Shown here piece by piece: positions 40,583 to 50,342 of a stretch of 64,000 nt of DNA (its first letter is position 1; every line of letters starts with the position of its first letter). Below the pieces are notes generated by a model that saw only the letters and a list, made by a program, of their open reading frames with translations, was not told the origin of the DNA and did not search any database. Position numbers and translations under genes: made by a program. This stretch comes from an uncultured bacterium (GTDB lineage Bacteria > Patescibacteriota > Minisyncoccia > Phycocordibacterales > GWA1-40-21): positions 4,368 through 68,367 of the forward strand of contig CAILDB010000012.1 in assembly GCA_903832855.1 (NCBI GenBank), written 5' to 3'.

Positions 40583-40762
40583 ATGCAAAAGAAATATAAT
40601 TTTCCGGTTATAATAGAAAAAGACGAAAACAATATCTATATTGCCACTGTGCCTTCTTTGCGTGGATGTCATACCCAAGCCAAAAGCTTATCCACTTTGT
40701 ATAAAAGAATAGAAGAAGTGGTTTCTCTTTGTCTGGAAGTGGAAAGAACAGTTTTAATTTAA
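40583..40762 (+). CDS. HicB-family antitoxin (N-terminal domain only)
   Basis: Manual translation: FPVIIEKDE..YIATVPSLRGCHTQAKSL..L..RIEEVV. Confidence 0.75.
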   Translation: MQKKYNFPVIIEKDENNIYIATVPSLRGCHTQAKSLSTLYKRIEEVVSLCLEVERTVLI

Positions 40763-40770
40763 AATAATCT

Positions 40771-41140
40771 CCTCTGTCATCCCGGCGAAGGCCGGGATCC
40801 ATCTTAATTTCTTAATCTTATGGAAACTTACTCTGTCTATATTCTTGCTAGTAAAAAGGAAGGAACCTTATATATTGGTGTAACTTCAGATCTAGAAAAA
40901 AGGGTCTGGCAACATAAGAACAAAATTATCAAAGGATTTACAGAGAAATACAATGTAAATAAATTGGTCTATTACGAACAGACAGGAAATGTAGAATCAG
41001 CACTAACTAGAGAAAAGCAATTAAAAGAATGGCAGAGAAGATGGAAAATCAGACTGATTGAAAAAGATAATCCAGAGTGGAATGACCTCTATGAAGAATT
41101 AAGAACAGATGGATCCCGACCTGCGTCGGGATGACAGAGG
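40771..41140 (+). mobile_element. GIY-YIG nuclease gene bracketed by inverted REP-like palindromes
   Basis: CCTCTGTCATCCCG..GGGATCCATC on the left and GATGGATCCCG..CGGGATGACAGAGG on the right. Confidence 0.6.
40820..41134 (+). CDS. Stand-alone GIY-YIG nuclease
   Basis: VYILAS..GTLYIGVT..RVWQH, REKQLK-W-R-WK..LIE..NPEW. Confidence 0.93.
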   Translation: METYSVYILASKKEGTLYIGVTSDLEKRVWQHKNKIIKGFTEKYNVNKLVYYEQTGNVESALTREKQLKEWQRRWKIRLIEKDNPEWNDLYEELRTDGSRPASG

Positions 41141-41269
41141 TTTGCAATGTTTGTATACTTTGTGCTATACTACACAATAGCAGTAAACAAGCTCTCGTAG
41201 GTTTAAGTTTTCTTAGCCGTTTGAGAAGTGGTCGTTCTGCGAATTTTATTAGTAGAATATTTCAAGCAA

Positions 41270-41560
41270 ATGGCAAAGAAATTGTATATAGGTAATCTTT
41301 CATATGGCATCAATGATGCAAGTTTGGCTGATTATTTCTCAAAAGCTGGAACTGTTGAAGGTGCCAATGTCATCATGGATAAGATGACTGGTCGTTCAAG
41401 AGGTTTTGGATTTGTGACTATGACTAATGATGATGAAGCTGATAAAGCTATCTCAACTCTTAACGGAGTTGAAATGGACGGAAGAAAGCTCATTGTTAAT
41501 GAAGCAAAGCCACTCGAACCAAGACAAGACAGAGGAGATAGAGGTTTTAGAGGAAGATAA
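41270..41560 (+). CDS. RRM-domain RNA-binding protein
   Basis: LYIGNL (RNP2), RGFGFV (RNP1). Confidence 0.93.
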   Translation: MAKKLYIGNLSYGINDASLADYFSKAGTVEGANVIMDKMTGRSRGFGFVTMTNDDEADKAISTLNGVEMDGRKLIVNEAKPLEPRQDRGDRGFRGR

Positions 41561-41585
41561 TAATTGACTCGCTAGAGTTTGATAG

Positions 41586-41630
41586 AAAAGTAAAGGGCCC
41601 CGAAATCTGATTTCGGGGCCCTTTACTTTT
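41586..41630. terminator. Long perfect hairpin, probable bidirectional terminator
   Basis: AAAAGTAAAGGGCCCCGAAATC-T-GATTTCGGGGCCCTTTACTTTT. Confidence 0.75.
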
Positions 41631-41750
41631 CCCCAAGAAGTAGTAATATCTCTCTTGGATTGTTATTTTTAAATATTGGTTTTAGGAATGTGATCTCTAC
41701 CGAGTGGTGGGGATTGTGAAGGAAAAAACAAGAAAAAGGGAGATGAAGTT

Positions 41751-42359
41751 ATGACAAAGAGGCCACATGACAGTAACTTTCGGCAAACTATTCCGGTAAG
41801 GGTGGATATCGGTAAAAAACCGAATATGCCACCTGACGACAGGTTCCACAAAAATGTCTTCGGATTGGATCCGAAGGATGCCCAGCACATTACAGACAAT
41901 GTTGATGAGCACGGCGTCATGTGGGTTTCCATTTTGGATCCTGTCTATCCGGCTGGATGTGGAAAGCGAACTGTTTTTGGAGCTATGCAAATTATTCACG
42001 CTTTGGGAGGGTATCCTCTGAACGTGAAGGAGGCGCATGCTGGGGCTGAAGCCATTGAGAGGATGATCGCGCACAATTTTTCGGAGGTATCAAAAGTTGG
42101 TGTTGCCTTTCCGTGTTTGGGTACACAGTACTATTCACCGGAAGATGAGCATCCAGCTTTTACTCTCTTGTGGCATCGGCTCTTGGAAGGTGCTTCTTGT
42201 CACAGGTTCCATTTCTGTCGTCTCATGAAGTTTTGGCCGGACGCTGTTCGAGAACCGCTTTTTTGTCCGGCAGAGTGGAGAATTCCTTTCGCTATTCCGG
42301 CTGAATCTGTTAGCAGTTTTACCGCTGCGATAGTGCCAGACGAAGTTGAGGTTGAGTAA
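41751..42359 (+). CDS. Hypothetical protein
   Basis: 202-aa ORF with GGAG upstream and a downstream hairpin/T-run. No recognised motifs. Confidence 0.5.
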   Translation: MTKRPHDSNFRQTIPVRVDIGKKPNMPPDDRFHKNVFGLDPKDAQHITDNVDEHGVMWVSILDPVYPAGCGKRTVFGAMQIIHALGGYPLNVKEAHAGAEAIERMIAHNFSEVSKVGVAFPCLGTQYYSPEDEHPAFTLLWHRLLEGASCHRFHFCRLMKFWPDAVREPLFCPAEWRIPFAIPAESVSSFTAAIVPDEVEVE

Positions 42360-42413
42360 TCGCAGAATGCGCGTCGGGACCGAGTGTCCCTTCGCGCTTT
42401 TTTAATGTCTCTC

Positions 42414-42611
42414 TGTCATTCCTGCGGAGGCAGGAATCCAGTTCTTATTTTCTGGATTGCTTTCTTACAGAAACTGTCCACTCATTGGATCTTTTGTTTC
42501 GCATTGCTCACAAAAGCCCTCAATGAGTCTTGCAGAAGCAAATACTTTTGCTTCCTCACATTTCACTCGCAAAGACAGAGGGGATGGATCCCAGCCTTCG
42601 CTGGGATGACA
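42414..42611. repeat. Mosaic REP cluster (BIME-like)
   Basis: REP(+) at 42414, halves of a second-type REP (CTGGATTGCTT, CTCGCAAAGACAG), REP(-) ending at 42611. Confidence 0.75.
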
Positions 42612-42621
42612 GAAAGGATTT

Positions 42622-44424
42622 CTACAAATCATTCAACTTTTTTGTCTGGCTTCTTTCGTTACGAGACCTGTCTGTTTTTGTTAAATTCTTTTTTCGTAAA
42701 CGAACATTTTTAGGAGTAATTTCTAGAAGTTCATCATGTCGCATAATTTCAAGACCTCTTTCAATATCAAGACGAAGCGGTGGAGTAAGATAAATAGATT
42801 CATCTGAACTTGTCTTTCTCATATTTGTCAGCGCTTTTCCTTTTGTTGGGTTTACATCCATTTCATCACCTTTGGTAACATTTCCGATGACCATTCCTTC
42901 ATAAACTTCAGTCGCAGGATCAATATAAATAGAACCTCTTTCTTGCAAATTCCAAAGAGAAAATGCGAGAGCTTTCCCCGTCTCCATTGAAGTCATTGAA
43001 CCATATTCTTGCTTTCTTATTTCTCCAGCATAGGGTTTAAAACCGATAAATCTAGAACAAAGAATTCCTTCACCACGAGTATCCACCACAAATTGTCCTT
43101 TGTATCCGAGAAGTCCTCTTGTTGGCACATCAAAAATAATTCGACAATGATTTTCGTTTGTTTTCATTTCTGTCATTATTCCTTTTCTTCTGCCAATTTT
43201 ATCAATTACATTTCCAGAATATTCTTCGGGAACATCTATTGTAACTTCTTCAAACGGCTCAACTTTTTCTCCATTTATTTCTTTAAAAATTGCTTGGGGT
43301 TGAGAAACCTGAAGTTCGTAACCCTCGCGTCTCATATTTTCCAAAAGGATCGCAATGTGAAGCTCGCCTCGTCCGTAAACCAAAAGTGGCTCTGAATTAA
43401 AATCAATTTTTAGACCAACATTTACTTCCAGCTCTTTTTCAAGTCTTTCTCGTATCTGTCTTCCAGTCACAAATTTTCCTTCTTGCCCTGCAAAAGGGGA
43501 GTCGTTGACCAAAAAGTTTAGGGAAATAGTGGGCTCATCAATTGGAATTGAAGAAAGGGGAGTCTGCTCACTATTTTCAATAATTGTCTCTCCTATAAAT
43601 GCATCAGGAATTCCTGCAACCATCACAATATCTCCACACAGTGCTTCTTCTACGGCTTCTTTTGCCATTCCATTAAAAGTGTAAAGTTTTGTAATCCTGT
43701 ATTTTTTGATTTCTCCATCGGGAGTTTTTGTAAAGATAGTTTGTCCGTCTTTTATTTTTCCTTCATAGATTCTAGCCACGGCAAGTCGTCCAAGGAAATT
43801 ATCATATCCCAAATTAAAAATTTGAGCTTTTAAAAGTGAGTCAATTTTATTTTCTGCAGGTTTAACATTTTCTAAAATACAATCTAAAATTGGCGATAAA
43901 TCTTTTTGTTCATCTGCCAAATTTTTCATAGCAACGCCATTTCTTCCAATTGCGTAAATAACAGGGAAATCCAACTGCTCGTTGTTTGCACCGAGTTCCA
44001 TAAAAAGTTCCAAAACTTTTTCGTGGGCTTCCTCTGGCTTTGCGGCGGACTTGTCTATTTTATTTATAATAACAATTGGTTTAAGACCAATTTCTAGAGA
44101 TTTTTTTAGAACAAATTTTGTTTGAGGCATTGGACCTTCTTGGGCGTCAACGACTAAAAGAACTGAATCAATGGATTTGATAACTCGTTCAACTTCAGAT
44201 CCGAAGTCGGCGTGTCCGGGAGTGTCAACGATATTTATTTTCGTGCCTTTGTAAAAGACAGAAGTATTTTTTGCATAAATAGTAATACCGCGCTCTTGCT
44301 CGAGTTTGTTTGAGTCCATTGTCAGGCCTTCCATATTTACTCCGCTTTGTTTCATCAAAGCGTCGGTAAGGGTGGTCTTGCCGTGGTCCACATGGGCGAT
44401 GATTGCGATATTTCGTATTTCCAT
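42622..44424 (-). CDS. typA: Translational GTPase TypA/BipA
   Basis: [36 protein letters not shown]. Confidence 0.97.
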   Translation of the reverse strand: MEIRNIAIIAHVDHGKTTLTDALMKQSGVNMEGLTMDSNKLEQERGITIYAKNTSVFYKGTKINIVDTPGHADFGSEVERVIKSIDSVLLVVDAQEGPMPQTKFVLKKSLEIGLKPIVIINKIDKSAAKPEEAHEKVLELFMELGANNEQLDFPVIYAIGRNGVAMKNLADEQKDLSPILDCILENVKPAENKIDSLLKAQIFNLGYDNFLGRLAVARIYEGKIKDGQTIFTKTPDGEIKKYRITKLYTFNGMAKEAVEEALCGDIVMVAGIPDAFIGETIIENSEQTPLSSIPIDEPTISLNFLVNDSPFAGQEGKFVTGRQIRERLEKELEVNVGLKIDFNSEPLLVYGRGELHIAILLENMRREGYELQVSQPQAIFKEINGEKVEPFEEVTIDVPEEYSGNVIDKIGRRKGIMTEMKTNENHCRIIFDVPTRGLLGYKGQFVVDTRGEGILCSRFIGFKPYAGEIRKQEYGSMTSMETGKALAFSLWNLQERGSIYIDPATEVYEGMVIGNVTKGDEMDVNPTKGKALTNMRKTSSDESIYLTPPLRLDIERGLEIMRHDELLEITPKNVRLRKKNLTKTDRSRNERSQTKKLNDL

Positions 44425-44610
44425 AATTTGATTTGACGGGCGCAATTTTTTGCCGCAAAAAATTGCGCCGATAAGAAAAGCGCCGAAGCGCATATCTATC
44501 TGTCTATTAAAGCATATTTTTAATAAAAAAGGAAGCTTTTATAAATATACTGAAAATATAATAAAAAAGCTGGCCTCGTGAGGGTCAGCTCTAAAGTCAA
44601 ACGAATCTGC

Positions 44611-44997
44611 TTAGTATAAGCCATCTTGCAGAATGTCACGAATTTTTTCATTCACCCTTTCAAATGGTCTTATTACATTACATCCGATCTCCTTTAGCTT
44701 TTTGTCTGTGTCATCTTCTCCAGTGGCGGCGAAAAATATTGTCTCAAATTTTAAAATTTTTTTGAGACTGGTCGCTACACAGATGTTGGCCTCGAATGAT
44801 CCACCGTCTTCAAGTGTAAGTATATATCCCATAAAGAATACGATGGAGATATCTGGATTTTCGGTTGCAATCTGGATGACGTCATCCAGACACATGGCAG
44901 AAAAGGATTCGATTAGACTTTGTTTATTTGGAGATAGCATATCAAGAAGCGCCTTCAAATATAGATTGTCGACTCCGATAAAGAGTACTTTTCTCAT
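44611..44997 (-). CDS. Hypothetical protein, possibly a degenerate receiver-like fold
   Basis: 128 aa alternating alpha/beta pattern, no canonical phospho-Asp. Confidence 0.45.
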   Translation of the reverse strand: MRKVLFIGVDNLYLKALLDMLSPNKQSLIESFSAMCLDDVIQIATENPDISIVFFMGYILTLEDGGSFEANICVATSLKKILKFETIFFAATGEDDTDKKLKEIGCNVIRPFERVNEKIRDILQDGLY

Positions 44998-45147
44998 ATC
45001 ATAGTCCCTTCATTCAGTGGTTTGTACAAAATTTCTTTTATTATAATATGGTTTTTAATTTAAAAAGTCAATGGGTTATTTTTTGTATAAAAAAGGGCCG
45101 TTCGCGAAGCGAACGGCCCGCACCTGGAGACGAAGCCTCCAAGAATC

Positions 45148-45543
45148 CTAACGAATCCCGAGTGGTACAACCAATGCTTCTGTCGCATCTGCTGTTACTC
45201 GGTATCTACGAGGCACCTTGTTCGCCAGAAGTTTCCTGACGAATTCGTGCTCGTCGTGATTTGCGCACAACGATACGAAGACGAAGTAGGTAGCTTCGTG
45301 ACATTCTCCCATGAGTATGCGGAGACTGACCAGATGATCTTTCATTCCGTAATCAAACACCACGAGTATCACATCCTTCTTGTTGGCGGAGATGTGTCCT
45401 ATGGCCGCGGCTGGACTTTGAGTACAATATAGCTTGATAGTACGAAGTTTACCGGATGCTTCTAAATCATCAAATCTGTCGGTCCAATAACCACACAGAT
45501 CTGAGTTACCGACGATTACCACATGCGTTTTCTCGTCACTCAT
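45148..45543 (-). CDS. Hypothetical protein, possibly receiver-like
   Basis: AGGAG RBS, ILVVFDY strand, downstream hairpin terminator. Confidence 0.45.
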   Translation of the reverse strand: MSDEKTHVVIVGNSDLCGYWTDRFDDLEASGKLRTIKLYCTQSPAAAIGHISANKKDVILVVFDYGMKDHLVSLRILMGECHEATYFVFVSLCANHDEHEFVRKLLANKVPRRYRVTADATEALVVPLGIR

Positions 45544-45653
45544 ATTGAGCTCCTTTTCTATTTTGTTTCTGTTGCCAATCCTTTTATATAATATGCTTTT
45601 TAATCAAAAAAGTCAATAGATAACAAATTTCATTTTTCTGTTATAATTTCTCT

Positions 45654-48035
45654 ATGCAAGATGAAGTTGAAAAAATAAAAAAATATGTTCGTGCGACAAA
45701 TTATCTTACAGTTGCTCAAATATATTTGCAGGACAATTATTTACTAAAAAATAAACTTACTTTTAACGATATCAAGTCTAGACTCCTTGGCCATTGGGGA
45801 ACTTGTCCAGGGATTAATTTTGTCTATGCAAACCTAAATAATTTAATTACAAAAACTTGTGCAAAAATGGCTTTTGTCCTAGGTCCCGGTCACGGATTTC
45901 CTGCACTCCAAGCCAATCTTTTTTTGGAAGGAACTTTGGGAAAATATTATCCAGAAGCTACAAAAGATTTTGCTGGTCTATCATATGTTGCCAAGGAGTT
46001 TAGCTGGCCATACGGATTTCCAAGTCATTCTAGTCCTGTCACCCCCGGAGTAATTCTCGAGGGTGGAGAACTCGGGTATTCTCTTTCTGTCTCTTATGGT
46101 GCGGTGCTAGATAACCCTGAACTTATCGTGGCATGTCTAGTCGGAGATGGTGAAGCGGAAACAGGACCACTTGCGACTGCGTGGCATTTGAATAAATTTA
46201 TTGATCCTGCGACAAATGGTGCTGTACTTCCGATATTGCATTTAAATGGTTACAAAATTTCCGGTCCAACTATCTTTGGCAGAATGAATAATTCTGATTT
46301 GAAATCCCTTTTCAAAGGCTACGGATATGAGCCGATAATTGTAGAAGGTAAAAACGACAAAGTTTATGAAAAAATGATAAAAGCTTTGGATGAATCGTAT
46401 GCGAAGATAAAAGCAATTCAAAAAGAAGCCAGAGAAAATAAAACTGAAAATAAAATCGCAAATGATGAAAAATATTTTGCCAGATTTCCTATGATAATTC
46501 TCAAAACACCAAAAGGATGGACTGGGATTAAAACCCTTAAAGGCGACAAAATAGAAGGGAATTGTCTGTCACACCAAGTCGTTGGAAAAGAAGCAAAGAC
46601 CGACAAAGTAGAATTAAAAGCGATAGAAAAATGGATGCACTCGTATAAATTTGAAGAACTTTTCAGCGAAGAAAAAGGTTTTGTGGAGGAACTTTCTAAA
46701 AATATTCCAAGAGAGGAACTGCGAATGGGGGACAATCCACATGCATATGGAATTAAAAAAGGAGACAATTCTAGAGATTTAATTTTGCCGGAAATTAACG
46801 AATTTTACGAAGATTTTTTGAACAGAGGTAAAGAAAATGTTGGTTCAATGAAGAAAATCGGCACATATCTCACTGAGGTTTTTAAATTAAATAAAGAAAA
46901 GAAAAATTTTCGTTTGATGTCACCAGATGAGACATATTCCAATCGTTTGCAGGATGTTTTTACACAAACCTCTCGTGCCTTCACTGGTCCCGTGATGGAA
47001 TGGGACAATAATATTTCCGCAGATGGCCGAGTAATGGAAATGCTTTCTGAACATTCAATGCAAGGGCTTGCGCAGGGTTACACTCTTACTGGAAGATTTG
47101 CGATTTTTGCCTCGTATGAGGCATTTATTCCAATTGTTTCAAGTATGGCGGATCAATATTCTAAATTTTTGAAAATTGCCAGAAAAACAGAGTGGCGAGG
47201 AGATGTTCCTTCGTTTAATTATATTTTGACTTCGTCTGGCTGGCGTCAGGAACACAACGGTTTTTCTCATCAGAACCCAGGATTTATAGATGGACTTTTG
47301 CAAAAGCACAACGACTTTATCAGCGTATTTTTCCCAGCAGATGCAAACGAGGCTATGGCTGTGATGAAAAGATGTTTGTCTTCAAAAAATGAAATAAATA
47401 TTATTGTCGCGGAAAAAACAATTGAGCCGATTTGGCTTAAAAAAGAAGAAGTTGAAAAAGAACTTGCGGACGGACTTTCTGTTTGGGATTTTGCAAGTGA
47501 TGAAAATCCTGACATCGTAATTGCTGGTTGCGGACAATATCTCGTCAAAGAGGCACTCGCCACAATTGATTTGATTAAAAAAGAAGTACCGGAAATAAAA
47601 GTGCGATTTGTAAATATTTTGGAACTTTCACCAAATACTATCGGTAGTGCACTTTCTCAAATGCCGGAAGATAAATTTGAAAAATATTTTACAAAAGATA
47701 AGCCAGTGATATTTAATTTCCACGGATATCCAGAAACCCTCAAGCAATCTATTTTTGATTATGAAAATGCGCTCGGCAGATTTTCTGTCCACGGATATTT
47801 GGAAAATGGATCTACTACAACGGCGTTTGATTTGCACATTAGAAATAAGACAGACAGATATAATCTTTTGATTGAAACGGTTTTAAAAATGGCAAAAAAT
47901 GGCGTGATTACCGAAGACAAAGCTTCAAAAATAGTAGAAATTTATCAACAAAAAATAATTGACCACAAAGAATACATAATTAAATTCGGCGCCGATCCAG
48001 ATGAAATAGAAAAGTGGCAGTGGAGTAAAAACTAA
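45654..48035 (+). CDS. xfp: Phosphoketolase (XFP family)
   Basis: GHWGT, GPGHG, EGGELGY, GDGEAETG, QEHNGFSHQ. Confidence 0.96.
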   Translation: MQDEVEKIKKYVRATNYLTVAQIYLQDNYLLKNKLTFNDIKSRLLGHWGTCPGINFVYANLNNLITKTCAKMAFVLGPGHGFPALQANLFLEGTLGKYYPEATKDFAGLSYVAKEFSWPYGFPSHSSPVTPGVILEGGELGYSLSVSYGAVLDNPELIVACLVGDGEAETGPLATAWHLNKFIDPATNGAVLPILHLNGYKISGPTIFGRMNNSDLKSLFKGYGYEPIIVEGKNDKVYEKMIKALDESYAKIKAIQKEARENKTENKIANDEKYFARFPMIILKTPKGWTGIKTLKGDKIEGNCLSHQVVGKEAKTDKVELKAIEKWMHSYKFEELFSEEKGFVEELSKNIPREELRMGDNPHAYGIKKGDNSRDLILPEINEFYEDFLNRGKENVGSMKKIGTYLTEVFKLNKEKKNFRLMSPDETYSNRLQDVFTQTSRAFTGPVMEWDNNISADGRVMEMLSEHSMQGLAQGYTLTGRFAIFASYEAFIPIVSSMADQYSKFLKIARKTEWRGDVPSFNYILTSSGWRQEHNGFSHQNPGFIDGLLQKHNDFISVFFPADANEAMAVMKRCLSSKNEINIIVAEKTIEPIWLKKEEVEKELADGLSVWDFASDENPDIVIAGCGQYLVKEALATIDLIKKEVPEIKVRFVNILELSPNTIGSALSQMPEDKFEKYFTKDKPVIFNFHGYPETLKQSIFDYENALGRFSVHGYLENGSTTTAFDLHIRNKTDRYNLLIETVLKMAKNGVITEDKASKIVEIYQQKIIDHKEYIIKFGADPDEIEKWQWSKN

Positions 48036-48036
48036 T

Positions 48037-49209
48037 ATGAAAAAATATTTAATAATAAATCCAGGAAGTGCATCCAGAAAATACGCGCTATATGAAGGCG
48101 AAAAAGAACTCGCTTATATGCATATTGAGAGTGAAGAGGGGGGGAATGAAATTAGCACTGTTACTGCACAAGGTAAAAAAGAAAAGAAAAATATTAGTGC
48201 TGAAGATTTTGATAAGTCGTTTGAATATACATTAAATGAACTCATAAAAGCTGGGCTTATTGCGAGCAAAGAGGATATTGCGGTCTGCGGAATTAGAGTC
48301 GTCGCTCCTGGAAATTTTTTCTTGCAAGATAAAATAATAAATTCTGAATATAAAAAATTGTTGAAAAAAGCTTTTGAAAAAGCGCCTCTTCATATTGCGC
48401 CAATTTTGGAAGAAATTAAAAAAATACGATATGCAATTGGAAGAATTCCTTTAGTTGGTATTTCGGACAGTGCGTTTCATTCCAGTATGATGGAAAAGTC
48501 CAAGAGATACGCAATACCATCTGAGGATGCAGAAAAATTTGAAATTTTCAGATATGGCTATCACGGAATTTCTTTGAGGTCTATTGTTTCAAAAATGGAA
48601 AAATCAGGGCCAATTCCAGAAAATGTAATTATCTGCCACATTGGTGGGGGTGTCAGCGTAACCGCGCTCAAAAATGGTAAAAGCATAGATACTACTATGG
48701 GACTTACTCCACTTGAAGGAGTCGTAATGGCGACAAGGGTGGGTGATATTGATTCTGGAGCGGTTGTTTATTTGTCCAAAGTAAAAAAGTTGAAAGGCAA
48801 AAATCTTTTGCAATACTTAAATAAAAAATGCGGACTTCTGGGAATAAGCGGGAAAAGTGATGATGTTCGCGATTTGATTAAAGCCGAAAACGAGGGCGAC
48901 AATCTTTCAAAACTTGCTCTTGATATGTATGCCTACAAAATTCAAAAATACATTGGTGCCTATGCAGTAGCTCTCGGTGGTCTTGATACAATTGTTTTTT
49001 CTGGAACAGTGGGGGAGAGATCTTTTTTGATGAGAGAAAGAATTTGCAAGGGGCTTGGATTTCTCGGTGTTGAAATAAATTCAATATTAAATAACACATC
49101 AGATAGTATAGATGTCGTCTTGAGCTCTCCAGAATCAAAAGTAAAAGTAGAAGTGGTCAAGACTGATGAAATGGCACAGATGGCAAAAGATACTGCAAAG
49201 TTTCTATAA
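48037..49209 (+). CDS. ackA: Acetate kinase
   Basis: INPGS-x-S-x-K, APLH, RYGYHG, TTMGLTPLEG, downstream of xfp. Confidence 0.93.
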   Translation: MKKYLIINPGSASRKYALYEGEKELAYMHIESEEGGNEISTVTAQGKKEKKNISAEDFDKSFEYTLNELIKAGLIASKEDIAVCGIRVVAPGNFFLQDKIINSEYKKLLKKAFEKAPLHIAPILEEIKKIRYAIGRIPLVGISDSAFHSSMMEKSKRYAIPSEDAEKFEIFRYGYHGISLRSIVSKMEKSGPIPENVIICHIGGGVSVTALKNGKSIDTTMGLTPLEGVVMATRVGDIDSGAVVYLSKVKKLKGKNLLQYLNKKCGLLGISGKSDDVRDLIKAENEGDNLSKLALDMYAYKIQKYIGAYAVALGGLDTIVFSGTVGERSFLMRERICKGLGFLGVEINSILNNTSDSIDVVLSSPESKVKVEVVKTDEMAQMAKDTAKFL

Positions 49210-49216
49210 TCCCTTC

Positions 49217-49243
49217 TGTCATCCCGGCGGAGGCCGGGATCCA
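49217..49243. repeat. REP-like palindrome
   Basis: TGTCATCCCGGCGGAGGCCGGGATCCA after the ackA stop. Confidence 0.85.
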
Positions 49244-49298
49244 TCTTAATCTTTCCTATAAAAATTCTCTCATCTCTTTTTCTAAAATAATTACTAGG

Positions 49299-49617
49299 CT
49301 CCGGAGGTAGGGATCGAACCTACGACCAATCGCTTACATTTGTTCCAAAATTTCTTTTGGCATGGACTATATCATCATCCTTCACAAAATTGTGAATTGG
49401 ATGTGGGGCGTTTCCCGGGATTTAAAAAATCCAAGTACTCTCTTTCGAGATAGTCTCTGAACCTTCAAGTCATGAGTGACTTGCTTGGCTGCTGATTGCC
49501 CGTTCGCCTCAAGCGAATTTGGGTTTCCAGCAATTAACCTCATTTTTCATCCTAAATTACTTTAGGAAGCTGCAAGTACGCTTACAGGCGATCGCTCTAC
49601 CGCTGAGCTACTCCGGA
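49299..49617 (-). tRNA. tRNA-Asn(GTT) interrupted by a group I intron
   Basis: Exon 1 (49617-49584) TCCGGAGTAGCTCAGCGGTAGAGCGATCGCCTGT and exon 2 (49336-49299) TAAGCGATTGGTCGTAGGTTCGATCCCTACCTCCGGAG join into a cloverleaf with loop CT-GTT-AA. Confidence 0.92.
49337..49583 (-). ncRNA. Group I intron, 247 nt, no ORF
   Basis: P1 CTGT/AAG-CGTA-CTTGCAG with U.G at the splice site. Core motifs AATTGCTGGAAA, AATCAGCAG, GTTCAGAGACTA, GATATAGTCC. Terminal G. Confidence 0.9.
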
Positions 49618-49810
49618 GCCTAAAAATCATTTTTACCTATTAAGTTGTTTAAAGAACGGTGCCCTTTTTGAGCAAACTCATACTATCAGAAAATTCTAAA
49701 AAAATAAAGGGCGTGGTGTCTGCATAAGTAAAATTTGAACCCTCATTGCATTTATTGTAAAAAAGAGTATTTTATGTGTGGAAGTAGGTCTCAAACATGA
49801 GGAGAAAAAC

Positions 49811-50026
49811 ATGAGCATTTGTAAGGTTGACTCTCGACTGATTTGGAACTTGGATGATATTGTCAGCTTGACCCATGATATTTCTAGGGTGGCCGGACGT
49901 GACAGAAGGAAGGAATTTGAGATAATCTTAGTTCCAGTACTTGATCGAATGTTTATGGTCAAGATTCAAGGCCCAGAAGAATACCGTGCCTTGATTGAAA
50001 AGATGTCTAACCAAGAGATTGTATAA
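49811..50026 (+). CDS. Hypothetical protein
   Basis: GAGGAG RBS before ATG, downstream hairpin/T-run. Confidence 0.5.
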   Translation: MSICKVDSRLIWNLDDIVSLTHDISRVAGRDRRKEFEIILVPVLDRMFMVKIQGPEEYRALIEKMSNQEIV

Positions 50027-50342
50027 GGTATTGAACTTAGTTGTTTGGTCATGAGGTTCTACTAGTCCACGATTGCCGAAAGGTGATCGTGGGCGGTTTT
50101 TTTATACAAAACTTAACTTCTTTGATGAAGTGTTGTATTATAGTGTATATGGTTATAGATATAGAATTAACATTAAATAGATGGGGTTTCGGAAGAATTA
50201 GTGAAAATAAATTTCAATTTTTGTGTTTAAGATTTTCCAAATGGAAAATTCCAAATAAATATTCTATTTCCTTTGAAATAAATTGGCGAGTAAAGGAATA
50301 AAACATTTTCTAACTTTCTTTTTTTATGCTAAAATAAATAGC

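Noticed and set aside
28745-49244. Several minus-strand ORFs beginning with or containing MDPGLRRDDR (28745, 37323, 40608, 48960)
   Set aside because: These are translations of the REP palindrome on the shadow strand, not a protein family.
49337-49583. Homing endonuclease in the tRNA intron, or a tRNA-integrated island
   Set aside because: The insert is only 247 nt, has no ORF, and there is no duplicated tRNA 3' end or integrase.
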